Shown here: positions 18,776-27,448 of the stretch, piece after piece | Position numbering within the stretch: the first letter of the stretch is position 1 | Layout: each line of letters begins with the position of its first letter | Origin: Candidatus Bathyarchaeia archaeon | GTDB lineage: Bacteria > Patescibacteriota > Microgenomatia > PFEM01 > JAFGMK01 | Length of the DNA: 64,000 nucleotides | Assembly (NCBI GenBank): GCA_035529595.1 | Contig: DATKWK010000035.1 | Coordinates: 241,067-305,066, forward strand | Direction: 5' to 3' | The notes under the pieces: generated by a model | What the model was told of the DNA's origin: nothing | The model's database searches: none | The model's input: the letters and a program-made list of their open reading frames with translations, nothing else | Translations under genes and position numbers: made by a program

Positions 18776-19957
18776 CTAGTCGCTAGCCGCCCTTGCGGAT
18801 CTGAACTTTAAAAGTTGAACCAGAATCAAAAAAAACAATAATATCCCCAAGACAAAGGCAAATCTTTTAGCGGTAAAAAGATCCATCAATGTTCCCAGGA
18901 AATAAGCGCTAATCATATAAGGAAGATTTTTGATCATATTAAAAGTCGAAATCGTCGTTGCTCGGTATCTTGACGGGGTGCGATTATTAATAATCACCGA
19001 AGCTAAATTTTCATAGACCGTTTTAAATGAAGCCCGGAAAATTAAGGATAATCCGCCCAAAAATAATCCGGCTAAGGGCGAAACGGCAAAAGTAATCGCA
19101 ATTAGTCCTCCCATTAATAAAATCGCATCAGTCTCCTTAAAATGCCGCCTGATTTTCGGGGCAATCTGGGAAATTCCGGCGGAAATCAGAAAAATAACCG
19201 CGACGAAAATTCCCAACTGTTTTTCATTAAATCCGAATTCTACGGCCAGAATATCATTGAGCATTTCATCGGCAATTACCAAAAATCCACCAATGGATAA
19301 AAGCATCAGAGTCTGTCTTTTAATATCGATTGTCTTAAAAAGTTGGATCAATCCCTGCTTATTTTGAATAACGAAATTTTTCAGGGAAAACTTGATGGTA
19401 TCGATTGTTGGCTCTTTAAGAAAAAAAGTCAGCAGTAGCGCTAGAAAATAGGCAGTCGCACAGGCAAAAAATGGAAGTCTGGGATTATAACCATACATAA
19501 ATCCGCCAAGTGCGCCACAGGCAGCCATCATAATCAGCTGGTATGTTTTTATATTGGCTAGGACCCTATCATAAAAAGCTTCTTTTCCCTCCTCTTTCAA
19601 GGTATCAAAAACCAAAGCCTCCATTGTCCCTGAATAAAGCGTTCCGCCGAGTGAAGCGATAAATACCGAAAAAGCAAGAACAGTAAAATTAGGTGCCAAG
19701 GCCATCGAAAAAATTCCGGCCGATTGCAGTAAAAAAGCAATCGTAAGAGTTTTTTTCTTACCTAATAAATCGGCAAGTGCGCCGGTTGGAATTTCCATTG
19801 TCGTCATCGTGATAATCAGAATTGATTCGATTAGGCCAATACCGGCGTAGTTAGTAAAAAGTAGGTAATAAAAAACCCAGACTCCAAGGAAAAACCAAGC
19901 CGTTCTTAAAGCAGCAATCAGATAAGCGATTTTGATGTTCCTAATTTCAGATCTCAA
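18776..19957 (-). CDS. MFS transporter
   Basis: 393 aa with 12 predicted TM helices and an MFS-like loop DLLGKKKT. Confidence 0.65.
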   Translation of the reverse strand: MRSEIRNIKIAYLIAALRTAWFFLGVWVFYYLLFTNYAGIGLIESILIITMTTMEIPTGALADLLGKKKTLTIAFLLQSAGIFSMALAPNFTVLAFSVFIASLGGTLYSGTMEALVFDTLKEEGKEAFYDRVLANIKTYQLIMMAACGALGGFMYGYNPRLPFFACATAYFLALLLTFFLKEPTIDTIKFSLKNFVIQNKQGLIQLFKTIDIKRQTLMLLSIGGFLVIADEMLNDILAVEFGFNEKQLGIFVAVIFLISAGISQIAPKIRRHFKETDAILLMGGLIAITFAVSPLAGLFLGGLSLIFRASFKTVYENLASVIINNRTPSRYRATTISTFNMIKNLPYMISAYFLGTLMDLFTAKRFAFVLGILLFFLILVQLLKFRSARAASD

Positions 19958-20068
19958 TTTTCTTGCAACTATGATATTTTACCCGGGGAGGCAGCTTTAG
20001 AAATTTAATCAATGAAATTTCCAGCTAATAAAATTTTGATCAAGAAAATAGCTAAAAAATTCTCTGAT

Positions 20069-20623
20069 TTAAAGAATGCTATTGATGTCCATTAAATTTT
20101 CTATCGTTCTCCAAGCGTATTTTTCTAATTTTGACCTTTTGAAAGTAATGCCGTGCCCGGTTTTTTTAAAAAGTTCAATGTCATTATCACCGTCTCCCAC
20201 GGCAACACATTGAGATACTTTAAGACCAAGTTTCCTGCAGAAACTCTGTAAATGGCGGAGTTTAACCAAAGAATCGTCACCAAGAACCACGATATTATCG
20301 AGCCGGTCATTCTCATCAAAAATAAAGATATTATTGGATTCGAATAAGCCGATGTTCAATTCTTTAGCGACTTTATCGACCAAGATATCCATCGATCCGC
20401 TGATGAGGGCAACGGCGTACTTTTTTCTTTTCAGATAACTAACGACTTCTTTCGCCCCAGGCCGGTAAGTATAATCTGAAATAACTTTACTGATATTCTC
20501 CAAACTGGCGTTGCCCCTTTTTTTATAAATCTCCGTTAAGATCTTCTGCCATTCGCTATACGAGATAACGCCTTCCTCGTAAAGTTTGAGAAGTAATTTA
20601 TCTTCCTCCCGGGTGATACCCAT
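20069..20623 (-). CDS. HAD-IB (phosphoserine phosphatase-like) domain protein lacking motif I
   Basis: Has VAVGDGDNDIELF (motif IV) and ALISGSMD (motif II/III region), but the protein begins inside the cap region. There is no DxD nucleophile motif, and a stop lies 6 codons upstream in frame. Confidence 0.5.
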   Translation of the reverse strand: MGITREEDKLLLKLYEEGVISYSEWQKILTEIYKKRGNASLENISKVISDYTYRPGAKEVVSYLKRKKYAVALISGSMDILVDKVAKELNIGLFESNNIFIFDENDRLDNIVVLGDDSLVKLRHLQSFCRKLGLKVSQCVAVGDGDNDIELFKKTGHGITFKRSKLEKYAWRTIENLMDINSIL

Positions 20624-20724
20624 GGCCAGATTTAAGTTATACTAAGTATTTTCATGCAGCAACGTCTTATTTAAATCGAAACAGACTAATTTAATATCAG
20701 TCATTATCTTGATTATAGCTCTAT

Positions 20725-21132
20725 TTACTGATTATCTCTCATCTGAAACTCAAAAATAAGGAAACGGTCATCATCGGCTACCGGCCGGCCAAGATAGGCA
20801 TAATAGCCGGAAAAAACCTGCCGCTGTCTTTCCTTGTTTGGATAGGTCTCATGCCCGGGAATAGTCAATGGAAGCCTTCCGAAGGTCGTTCTTTCTTTAG
20901 CGGTAACGGCCGCCCGGCAGATAATCTCTTGAGTCTTATAGTTCTGAAGATCTACCTGATCGCCAACTTGCAAATAATCGTGTTTTTTACCGAACCGATA
21001 GGTTTTTACTTTGGCTCCTGAAAGAATCAGGGGAACCAGTTCCGGAGCAAAAGGAATTACGTATTTATCCGGTCTGGGCTCTACGGGATATTTTGAAGTT
21101 ATTGTCGGTACTCGAACGATCTGCTTTCCCAT
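20725..21132 (-). CDS. ASCH (PUA-like) domain protein
   Basis: VIPFAPELVPLILSGAKVKTYR resembles the ASCH N-terminal strand-helix pattern. Size is 135 aa. Confidence 0.4.
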   Translation of the reverse strand: MGKQIVRVPTITSKYPVEPRPDKYVIPFAPELVPLILSGAKVKTYRFGKKHDYLQVGDQVDLQNYKTQEIICRAAVTAKERTTFGRLPLTIPGHETYPNKERQRQVFSGYYAYLGRPVADDDRFLIFEFQMRDNQ

Positions 21133-21163
21133 CTCCTGACATTGGTCGTTTCCAAGTATAAAT

Positions 21164-22240
21164 TTAAACCTTTTTTTGCTCCCGCGGCGGAGGTGTTGAC
21201 AACTTTCCGGTCACTGATCGCCACGAAGTCTGGCTCATTCTGTTAGCCCAGTCTTTATTCTTTATCTTATCAACATAAATTCTTACAATCAGCCTCGGAG
21301 TCATAATGCCTTCCTTGTCCCGGTCGAACTCAATATTCTCCTCTACATGAGCGCCGATATAATTATCGGCTATCTTCAGCTCGTCTTTTAAAACTCTCAG
21401 AATCGTATCGTTCAAACTCTCATTAACCCGGATTTTATCCATCGCCAAAAGCGAAGACGAACTGTCACTGGCATAAGTATAGAACTCATAAGCTTCCTGA
21501 TTAAATTCAAAGATCAGCGGTTTCACAAAAACTTTCCGGCTGGAATTGAGGATATTAATATGGCTTTCATTAATAATTTTAAAATCCCGGCCGTAATAGT
21601 CATAAAATTTTGTCGGGACCAGCCCTTTTTCAAACAGACCGGCAAAAATCCTTAAGTTAGGCGAGACGACATAACTTAGCTCGTCCAATTTTTGTTCAGG
21701 GATCTCTTTTTTATATAGGAAGTCCAGTAAATATCGGTTAACGATTGCGACGGTTCCGTCAGCAGTCAGGGCATAATAATGCTTTGTCTTTTGGTAAAAA
21801 TAAACCGGCTTTAAGTTAAACTGGCCGAGAGACTTGCGGACCTCTTTATTGAAATTTCCGATATCATCAGCGATCAATTCCGGATCTTTGGGTATGAAAC
21901 TCTGATAACTTTCACTGTAGAGTTTATAGTCGATCCGGGAATACCATAAAAATTGCCGGATGGCGCTAAAGGTCGGTTCATCTTCCGGACTAATCACTAA
22001 ACTGGCAGCAAAGGGAAAGCTCTGGTTGTCCAAAACTTTCGTACCATCAACCAGGGTTATTTCCGAAGAATAACCCATATTGTTGGAAAGGGAAGCCTGG
22101 GTACTGCTTTTTTGGATAATACTTAAAAACCACCTCTCCCGAAGATCATATAAAAATTGTTGAAAGTCACGAATCTGATCCTGGGTCGTTTTTGAAAGAA
22201 TATAAAAGGTCAATTTCGGTTTTTGGTTGTCTTGATCCAT
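21164..22240 (-). CDS. Hypothetical protein
   Basis: 358-aa ORF with AT-rich codon usage. No motifs recognised. Confidence 0.4.
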   Translation of the reverse strand: MDQDNQKPKLTFYILSKTTQDQIRDFQQFLYDLRERWFLSIIQKSSTQASLSNNMGYSSEITLVDGTKVLDNQSFPFAASLVISPEDEPTFSAIRQFLWYSRIDYKLYSESYQSFIPKDPELIADDIGNFNKEVRKSLGQFNLKPVYFYQKTKHYYALTADGTVAIVNRYLLDFLYKKEIPEQKLDELSYVVSPNLRIFAGLFEKGLVPTKFYDYYGRDFKIINESHINILNSSRKVFVKPLIFEFNQEAYEFYTYASDSSSSLLAMDKIRVNESLNDTILRVLKDELKIADNYIGAHVEENIEFDRDKEGIMTPRLIVRIYVDKIKNKDWANRMSQTSWRSVTGKLSTPPPREQKKV

Positions 22241-22265
22241 GATTTTCCTTTTTGTTGCTATTAAT

Positions 22266-22772
22266 TTAAAGAGAACTTAATTCACTCACCCTAAGGCTCC
22301 TCAAACTTTCTTCTATACCCGACAAATCAGTCGTTGTATAAACTCCCTCAGGCTGCTTTCTCATTCCGCACCTAACAGCCGCTTCGCCCAGTTTATCCGA
22401 ATCCGTTTCAAATGAAGTCGATGCAAGAGGCAAGTGCCTTTCTTCTATAAACCTCTTTAATGTCTGCAGACCAATCAGGAGCATTTTACGGCAGATCCGA
22501 TAACCTCGATCTTTACCTGGTTGTGGAGATTCTGATACTGCCAGTCTCGCTTCGCCCCTCTCCTTGGTGTATTCTATTGAACCCCGAAAGACGACCTGCC
22601 TTTGGCCATCATAAGCGATAAAGCTGCCAGTAGCGACACTGGGACTGTATGGAGCCTGAACCATCCTGGCTGCAGCTACATATAATCCACCTAGATCATA
22701 ATTTTTAAACAAACCCTTCAGATCATCATCAACCTCGACTGGATACTTGTCTTCTGCTGCCTGGTCGTTCAT
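22266..22772 (-). CDS. Hypothetical protein
   Basis: 168-aa ORF. No motifs recognised. Confidence 0.4.
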   Translation of the reverse strand: MNDQAAEDKYPVEVDDDLKGLFKNYDLGGLYVAAARMVQAPYSPSVATGSFIAYDGQRQVVFRGSIEYTKERGEARLAVSESPQPGKDRGYRICRKMLLIGLQTLKRFIEERHLPLASTSFETDSDKLGEAAVRCGMRKQPEGVYTTTDLSGIEESLRSLRVSELSSL

Positions 22773-22887
22773 ATTAGTTTATCGGCTTATTTTATCAACA
22801 CCAGCTTACTTTATCAAGTTTAAATACTCTCTCTATCTGGCTGTCAAAATTAGTGAAAACATTTGAAAGATTAATCAATAAACCATC

Positions 22888-23463
22888 TTATTTAACCGCT
22901 AGTCTTAAAATACTAACAATTGCTTCTTGGTATTTACCGACAAAAAATAAGATATAGACAATAATCCCGGGAAAGACAACATATTTTTCAAACCACTTAC
23001 CAGTCTTTATTCTCCAGGAAGCAATGGGCGGAAAACCAATTTTTAACTTCAGGGGGAAGAAAAGCGGCAGGCCTCCTTCGGTAAAAGAATCTAAAAGAAG
23101 ATGGGAAATAAAGCCGACCATTATCGAAAGATAGACAACCTGAATATCAATAAAGTTCGGATTAAGAAATAAGGGCAAAGTCAAACCCAAGAACTTATAA
23201 GTTAGAAAAGTACCGATTATTGAATGAGAAATTGTCCGGTGGGAAAGAAAAATATTTTTCAAAAACCGGCCGATAAAATCTCCTCCCGGAAGCAGATCCC
23301 AGAGTCTGTTTGACGCCTGGTCAATGTCAGGCAATAATGAACCGATAACGCTGCCGATCGATGAAACGATAATAGTCGTCAAATTCAAAGAAACGGGCGG
23401 AAAAAAAGTCCCAACCGTAACTAAAGAAGCAAAAGCAAAGACATCATGAGTCCTGGCAGTCAT
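22888..23463 (-). CDS. Membrane-bound metal-dependent hydrolase, YdjM/DUF457-like
   Basis: LLPDIDQ ... SHRTISHSIIG matches the DUF457 PDID/HRG.THS pattern on a polytopic membrane protein. Confidence 0.5.
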   Translation of the reverse strand: MTARTHDVFAFASLVTVGTFFPPVSLNLTTIIVSSIGSVIGSLLPDIDQASNRLWDLLPGGDFIGRFLKNIFLSHRTISHSIIGTFLTYKFLGLTLPLFLNPNFIDIQVVYLSIMVGFISHLLLDSFTEGGLPLFFPLKLKIGFPPIASWRIKTGKWFEKYVVFPGIIVYILFFVGKYQEAIVSILRLAVK

Positions 23464-23883
23464 TAAAAAGAATTATACTATAATGATCGATCTTGGATCT
23501 TTGTGAAAATACATTTTAGAAAATTTTTAGGCAGCTATGCCGAAAAGGAATCTTAGAATATTAAACAGATTCTTTTAAAGAGAGTTATACTCGGCGGCGC
23601 CAGTTCAAGTTCCGTAAGCTTATCTGGTGAAAACCATCTCAGGTCTATTAAATCGTCGCCTTTCGGAAGTTCAATCTCACTTGCTATAACCGGCATTCTC
23701 TCCTGAGCAATCTCGGGGACAGTTTTGCTTATTTTCTCCGGCTATCGGTTCACAAAGCGTGTTTCCGCATTTTCCCTCGATCTTCTGTTCGCTACTTTCT
23801 TCTTGACCATCCACCTCAGGCAGATTTTTCCCGCATTTTGTTCCAAATATTTTTTGGAAAAAGCCGACAATTTTTTCACTTTT

Positions 23884-24681
23884 TCACCAAAAAATCTTTA
23901 ATAAAATAAAATATACTATCAAGATTACCACTATTAGGCTGGTAATCAAAAAATCACCCTTTCGCCCCTTTTTCTTAAAATCCCAAAGGGCATACAGCCA
24001 GATTGGTAAAATGATTAAACTTACCAAATAAGCGATCTCCTTATAAGAGCGGATCAGGGTTATGGTCATCTTGGTATCGATTTGTTTTTTCAAATCGACC
24101 AAACTCTCTGATGGCTCCTGGGAAACAAAAATTTTCAAAGATTCTTTCGTATCGTCCAAATAAGCCTTATTGACATCAATCTTTTGCCCATGCCAGATTA
24201 CCGGGATGTTCCAGTTGTCTCTTGTGTCACCGGGTTGGGGACGATAACTCATATTTGTAGAAACTTTCCCTTCGATCTTCGTTACCCAGGCAGGCGCAAA
24301 AGGAACAATAATTCTGCCGAAATATTCCCTCATCGGATACCAGTGATCGGGACAGACAGCATCCTGATAAAGATGGGCAGCGGCAGCTAGCAGCTGCCAA
24401 TCTGCTTTGCCTTCCTGGTAATATCTTTTTAAAAAATACCGGGCTCCTAACCTGGCAGTACAATCAGGCTGGTTATCCAAACACACATGCCCCCAGTCAT
24501 CCCACTTATTAGCGGTTTTAAACTGCCGATCATCGGCAATATTGCAATCAAATGAACCTGGGCATAAGTAAGTATGAATATCCCCGCCCCAGGCTTTAAC
24601 CTGGCTTGGGAATATCACTAAAGACAAAAGAGAAAAAGATAAAAGAAGTCCTAATGACTTTTTCCGAAAATCCCTAGGCAT
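23884..24681 (-). CDS. Secreted protein with C-terminal TM anchors. Possibly a zinc-dependent phospholipase C / S1-P1 nuclease-like fold (weak).
   Basis: The signal peptide is followed by WGGDIHTYL (S1/P1 nucleases and PLC begin with W..H). A later block HLYQDAVCPDHW has His/Asp ligand-like residues. Two C-terminal TM segments. Confidence 0.3.
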   Translation of the reverse strand: MPRDFRKKSLGLLLSFSLLSLVIFPSQVKAWGGDIHTYLCPGSFDCNIADDRQFKTANKWDDWGHVCLDNQPDCTARLGARYFLKRYYQEGKADWQLLAAAAHLYQDAVCPDHWYPMREYFGRIIVPFAPAWVTKIEGKVSTNMSYRPQPGDTRDNWNIPVIWHGQKIDVNKAYLDDTKESLKIFVSQEPSESLVDLKKQIDTKMTITLIRSYKEIAYLVSLIILPIWLYALWDFKKKGRKGDFLITSLIVVILIVYFILLKIFW

Positions 24682-25084
24682 TAATTATATTTATAGTCTT
24701 CACTCTGTCTAAAATCAACCACGGGCAAAACCTGACTGTGGCAAATAAGAACCTCGGGAATGTCCTGATGGGCCGTGACCTGGTGTTCCTTTCACCGGGA
24801 ACAGCCAAAAATGATGTTTATATTGTTTCTTTATCGGCCTTATTAAATACCTGGAATAACTTCAATCCCGTTTTTACTCATGTCCAATCTTCGGTTCAAT
24901 TAATTAAATAATGGCTTCGAAAATTAGGGGTCGATTTTAATTTGTTCTGTATTTATTTTGTTAATTGGTTCTACTGGTGGGGAATTAGTAATTTTAACCT
25001 CTCTTAAATTAGAAAAACCAAAATAAATTCCAAATAAAGCAAAAATCATAATTATCAAAAACTTGGAAGTAATTTCTTTATTAA

Positions 25085-25402
25085 TTATGTATTCAAGCAG
25101 AAAAAAAAACCAATTAACAAACTACCAAAAAAAATTGAAAAATACAGAAATTCTAAGTAGTTGAAGCTTCTCGTTAATTGAAATTCTATAGAGACAAAAG
25201 TAAAAAGCGCAACAAAAATCGCTATGGTTTCAATATTAGTGCGTTTTGCTTCATCTATTTTTTCTTGAAGAGTAACGAGTTTTTTCTCAATGTCATCTAT
25301 TTTACTGATATCTGTAGTTACTGATGATCCACTCGGAGGTAAATTAAAACCTCTTGGAGGTAAAGATTCGCTGCTATTTTTCTTTTTTTGTGCCCTATTC
25401 AT
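25085..25402 (-). CDS. Small membrane protein, hypothetical
   Basis: 105 aa with a coiled N-terminal half and two TM helices. It lies in an AT-rich island. Confidence 0.35.
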   Translation of the reverse strand: MNRAQKKKNSSESLPPRGFNLPPSGSSVTTDISKIDDIEKKLVTLQEKIDEAKRTNIETIAIFVALFTFVSIEFQLTRSFNYLEFLYFSIFFGSLLIGFFFCLNT

Positions 25403-25646
25403 AAAGTTAATTACGGGCAGTTATTGATTGCTAGAAACTTCTAAATCTAATTCCTCTTGAAAATGTTTATCTAAATCAATCTTAATTTTATAGACCACTG
25501 GTTCTTTAAATTGAAGAATAAAAAAGTAGCCAAGAAATTAGATTGTTCTGATTCAGCAACTTAAATCTATGTTCATAGAGCCCTCGATTAATTTCCTAAG
25601 AAATTATATAATTCGAGCAGTATTTCACCAGGTAAACTTTAAATAA

Positions 25647-26630
25647 ATGAACGAAGATTCTCTGGTATCAACAAAAAGCAGGGAAACCGGAAAAGGTGCT
25701 GAACGCCTTCAGCAATATGACAACATTTATTTAGCGCCGCCTTTTTCCGTTTTAGAACCGGGAAAAATAAGAGAGAAATTTCCTCAACTGAGCAATTTTT
25801 GGATTTATGGCTGCGATTTTGCGATCCGAAGGAACGGCAGTGAAAGAGAAATCAGAAGTAATAGCGGCGTCTTAATCGGATTCAGACATGACAACAGCAG
25901 AGTAATTAATATCGATCACCATGCGGAAACTCCGGAAATGGCCCGCTTCGTCTCGACTACCAATTTAGCTATCCTTTTTGTCCAGACGGAAGGAACAATA
26001 CCACAAGGCAATGTCGTTCTTTTAAATCATAATGATACTGATAGTACTCTATCGGCTTTAATTCTGACAGGAAAACTTTCTCCTTCAGACCGATTTGGTC
26101 AGGCAGCGATTGCCGCTGACCATACAGGAGAAAGAAATGATATCGCAGATCTTTTAAACGCAATCAGTGCCAAAAAAGATTTGGTATTTTCAGTTGATTG
26201 CTTGAATAAACTCTTAAGAGGAGAACAGTTACCGGAAGAAGCAATTGAGTTACTGAATAAGCGAATAGCTGAACGACAAGTACTAGAAGAATTTATAAGA
26301 ACCGGTGGTTTAGAAAATATGGGAAACGGTGTTTTATTCGGTCGGTTCACAGGTCCAGTCCGTAGCGAATTTATCCCTGCGATGGTGCCGGAGGCCAGAA
26401 TTTTTGTTCTGGCTTCTCCTCTGGGTGAGGGAACTGATGAAAATACCTGGGATATTAAAGTCCGGGCAGGCCAATCTTTTCCTAAGGGAATGAATTTACA
26501 GAGGCTAGAATTACCTTCCTGGACAGGCCGATGGAATGCTGGAGGTACCAAAAGACAAGGTGGCTGGCACGGAGAAGACCCGAGAGACTATGCTTTACTG
26601 GTCGTCCAAAGGTTAACCTTAAGTAAATAG
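25647..26630 (+). CDS. DHH-superfamily phosphoesterase-like protein (putative, atypical)
   Basis: VVLLNHNDTDSTLSALIL resembles DHH motif I (H.NPD.DA.GS.LAL). There are also INIDHHAE and a C-terminal GGWHGED (GGGH-like, DHHA1). Motif order differs from NrnA. Confidence 0.3.
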   Translation: MNEDSLVSTKSRETGKGAERLQQYDNIYLAPPFSVLEPGKIREKFPQLSNFWIYGCDFAIRRNGSEREIRSNSGVLIGFRHDNSRVINIDHHAETPEMARFVSTTNLAILFVQTEGTIPQGNVVLLNHNDTDSTLSALILTGKLSPSDRFGQAAIAADHTGERNDIADLLNAISAKKDLVFSVDCLNKLLRGEQLPEEAIELLNKRIAERQVLEEFIRTGGLENMGNGVLFGRFTGPVRSEFIPAMVPEARIFVLASPLGEGTDENTWDIKVRAGQSFPKGMNLQRLELPSWTGRWNAGGTKRQGGWHGEDPRDYALLVVQRLTLSK

Positions 26631-26636
26631 TATAGC

Positions 26637-26867
26637 TTATGAACTTCTCAGTTTGGAGTATTGGTCCAAAATTTTCTCCGCCCAGAAAAGCTGCTGCTCA
26701 CGACTCTTTATTTTATGAGGAAGTTTCACTAATTTTTTACCCAGTTTTTTTCTTGCTTTCCTTAAAAACTCTAAACCAACTTTATTCGCACCCTTTGCTA
26801 AGTAGAAGGCCGCTCTATAAGCGTCAACTATACCATCAGATTTTATATCAAATTTATTTAGGCCCAT
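26637..26867 (-). CDS. Small basic hypothetical protein
   Basis: 76 aa. It overlaps the next gene by 10 nt (same strand). The mirror plus-strand ORF 26639..26869 is judged spurious. Confidence 0.3.
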   Translation of the reverse strand: MGLNKFDIKSDGIVDAYRAAFYLAKGANKVGLEFLRKARKKLGKKLVKLPHKIKSREQQLFWAEKILDQYSKLRSS

Positions 26868-27196
26868 AATGGCTTAAAAAATTCTTTTACAATTTCAACA
26901 AATTTTTTTCTTCTTTCCGGATCTAAAACTTCTAGATTATCGTTCCCCAGTTTTGGACGAATATTTAACACGGCCGTCGCGTCTACTTGCTTATCTTTCA
27001 GATTTATTCCCCCACCCCAAATGTCATCTTGCCGGCTGCCCTTTTTTAACAGAATCCTTTCTCCGTCCGCATGTAATTCTCCGCCTGCAACTAGCCAACG
27101 ATTTTCAATATCTACCGTCACTTTCAAATAATCTCCCCATTTATCCTGAAGTCTTTTTATTTCGTCAAGAGCCAGTGGAGAATCAAAAAATTTCAT
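26858..27196 (-). CDS. Hypothetical protein
   Basis: 112 aa, no motifs recognised. First gene of a two-gene overlapping pair. Confidence 0.35.
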   Translation of the reverse strand: MKFFDSPLALDEIKRLQDKWGDYLKVTVDIENRWLVAGGELHADGERILLKKGSRQDDIWGGGINLKDKQVDATAVLNIRPKLGNDNLEVLDPERRKKFVEIVKEFFKPLWA

Positions 27197-27233
27197 ATTT
27201 TAATTTTAACACAATGGTTCTTTCATTTTTTTA

Positions 27234-27390
27234 CCCACACTTCGGGTAGCAACATTTTTTACACTTCTTACCTGAAGCGCAAGCAAATTTACAATCCGGG
27301 ATCGGAATGAACTTATGATCCGGGAAAAAGTATACTTTCTCGGCTAATTGTGGATAATGACACTTTTTGTAGTGTTACCTAAGTAGGTTA
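27234..27390 (-). repeat. Decayed tandem copies of the secA 3' tail (SEC-C zinc-finger coding region)
   Basis: Segment 27350-27390 is about 80 percent identical to secA 30068-30105. Segment 27234-27300 translates in frame to DCKFACASGKKCKKCCYPKCG-stop, compared with the SecA C-terminus DPCWCGSGKKWKKCHYPQLV-stop. The combined open frame has no Met. Confidence 0.5.
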
Positions 27391-27448
27391 CCACAACATA
27401 ACCTAAGTAATTTTTCCGAACATCACAGCGGATCGATAAATGACCAAT

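Noticed and set aside
25403-25646. Possible small minus-strand ORF in the divergent intergenic region (translation ...FKEPVVYKIKIDLDKHFQEELDLEVSSNQ)
   Set aside because: The open frame is only 37 codons, bounded by a stop upstream, with no start codon. It is likely chance in AT-rich DNA.
26639-26869. Plus-strand 76-aa ORF mirroring minus-strand ORF 26637..26867
   Set aside because: Only one strand can be coding. The minus-strand product is basic and helical and is translationally overlapped with the next minus gene. The plus product is low complexity.
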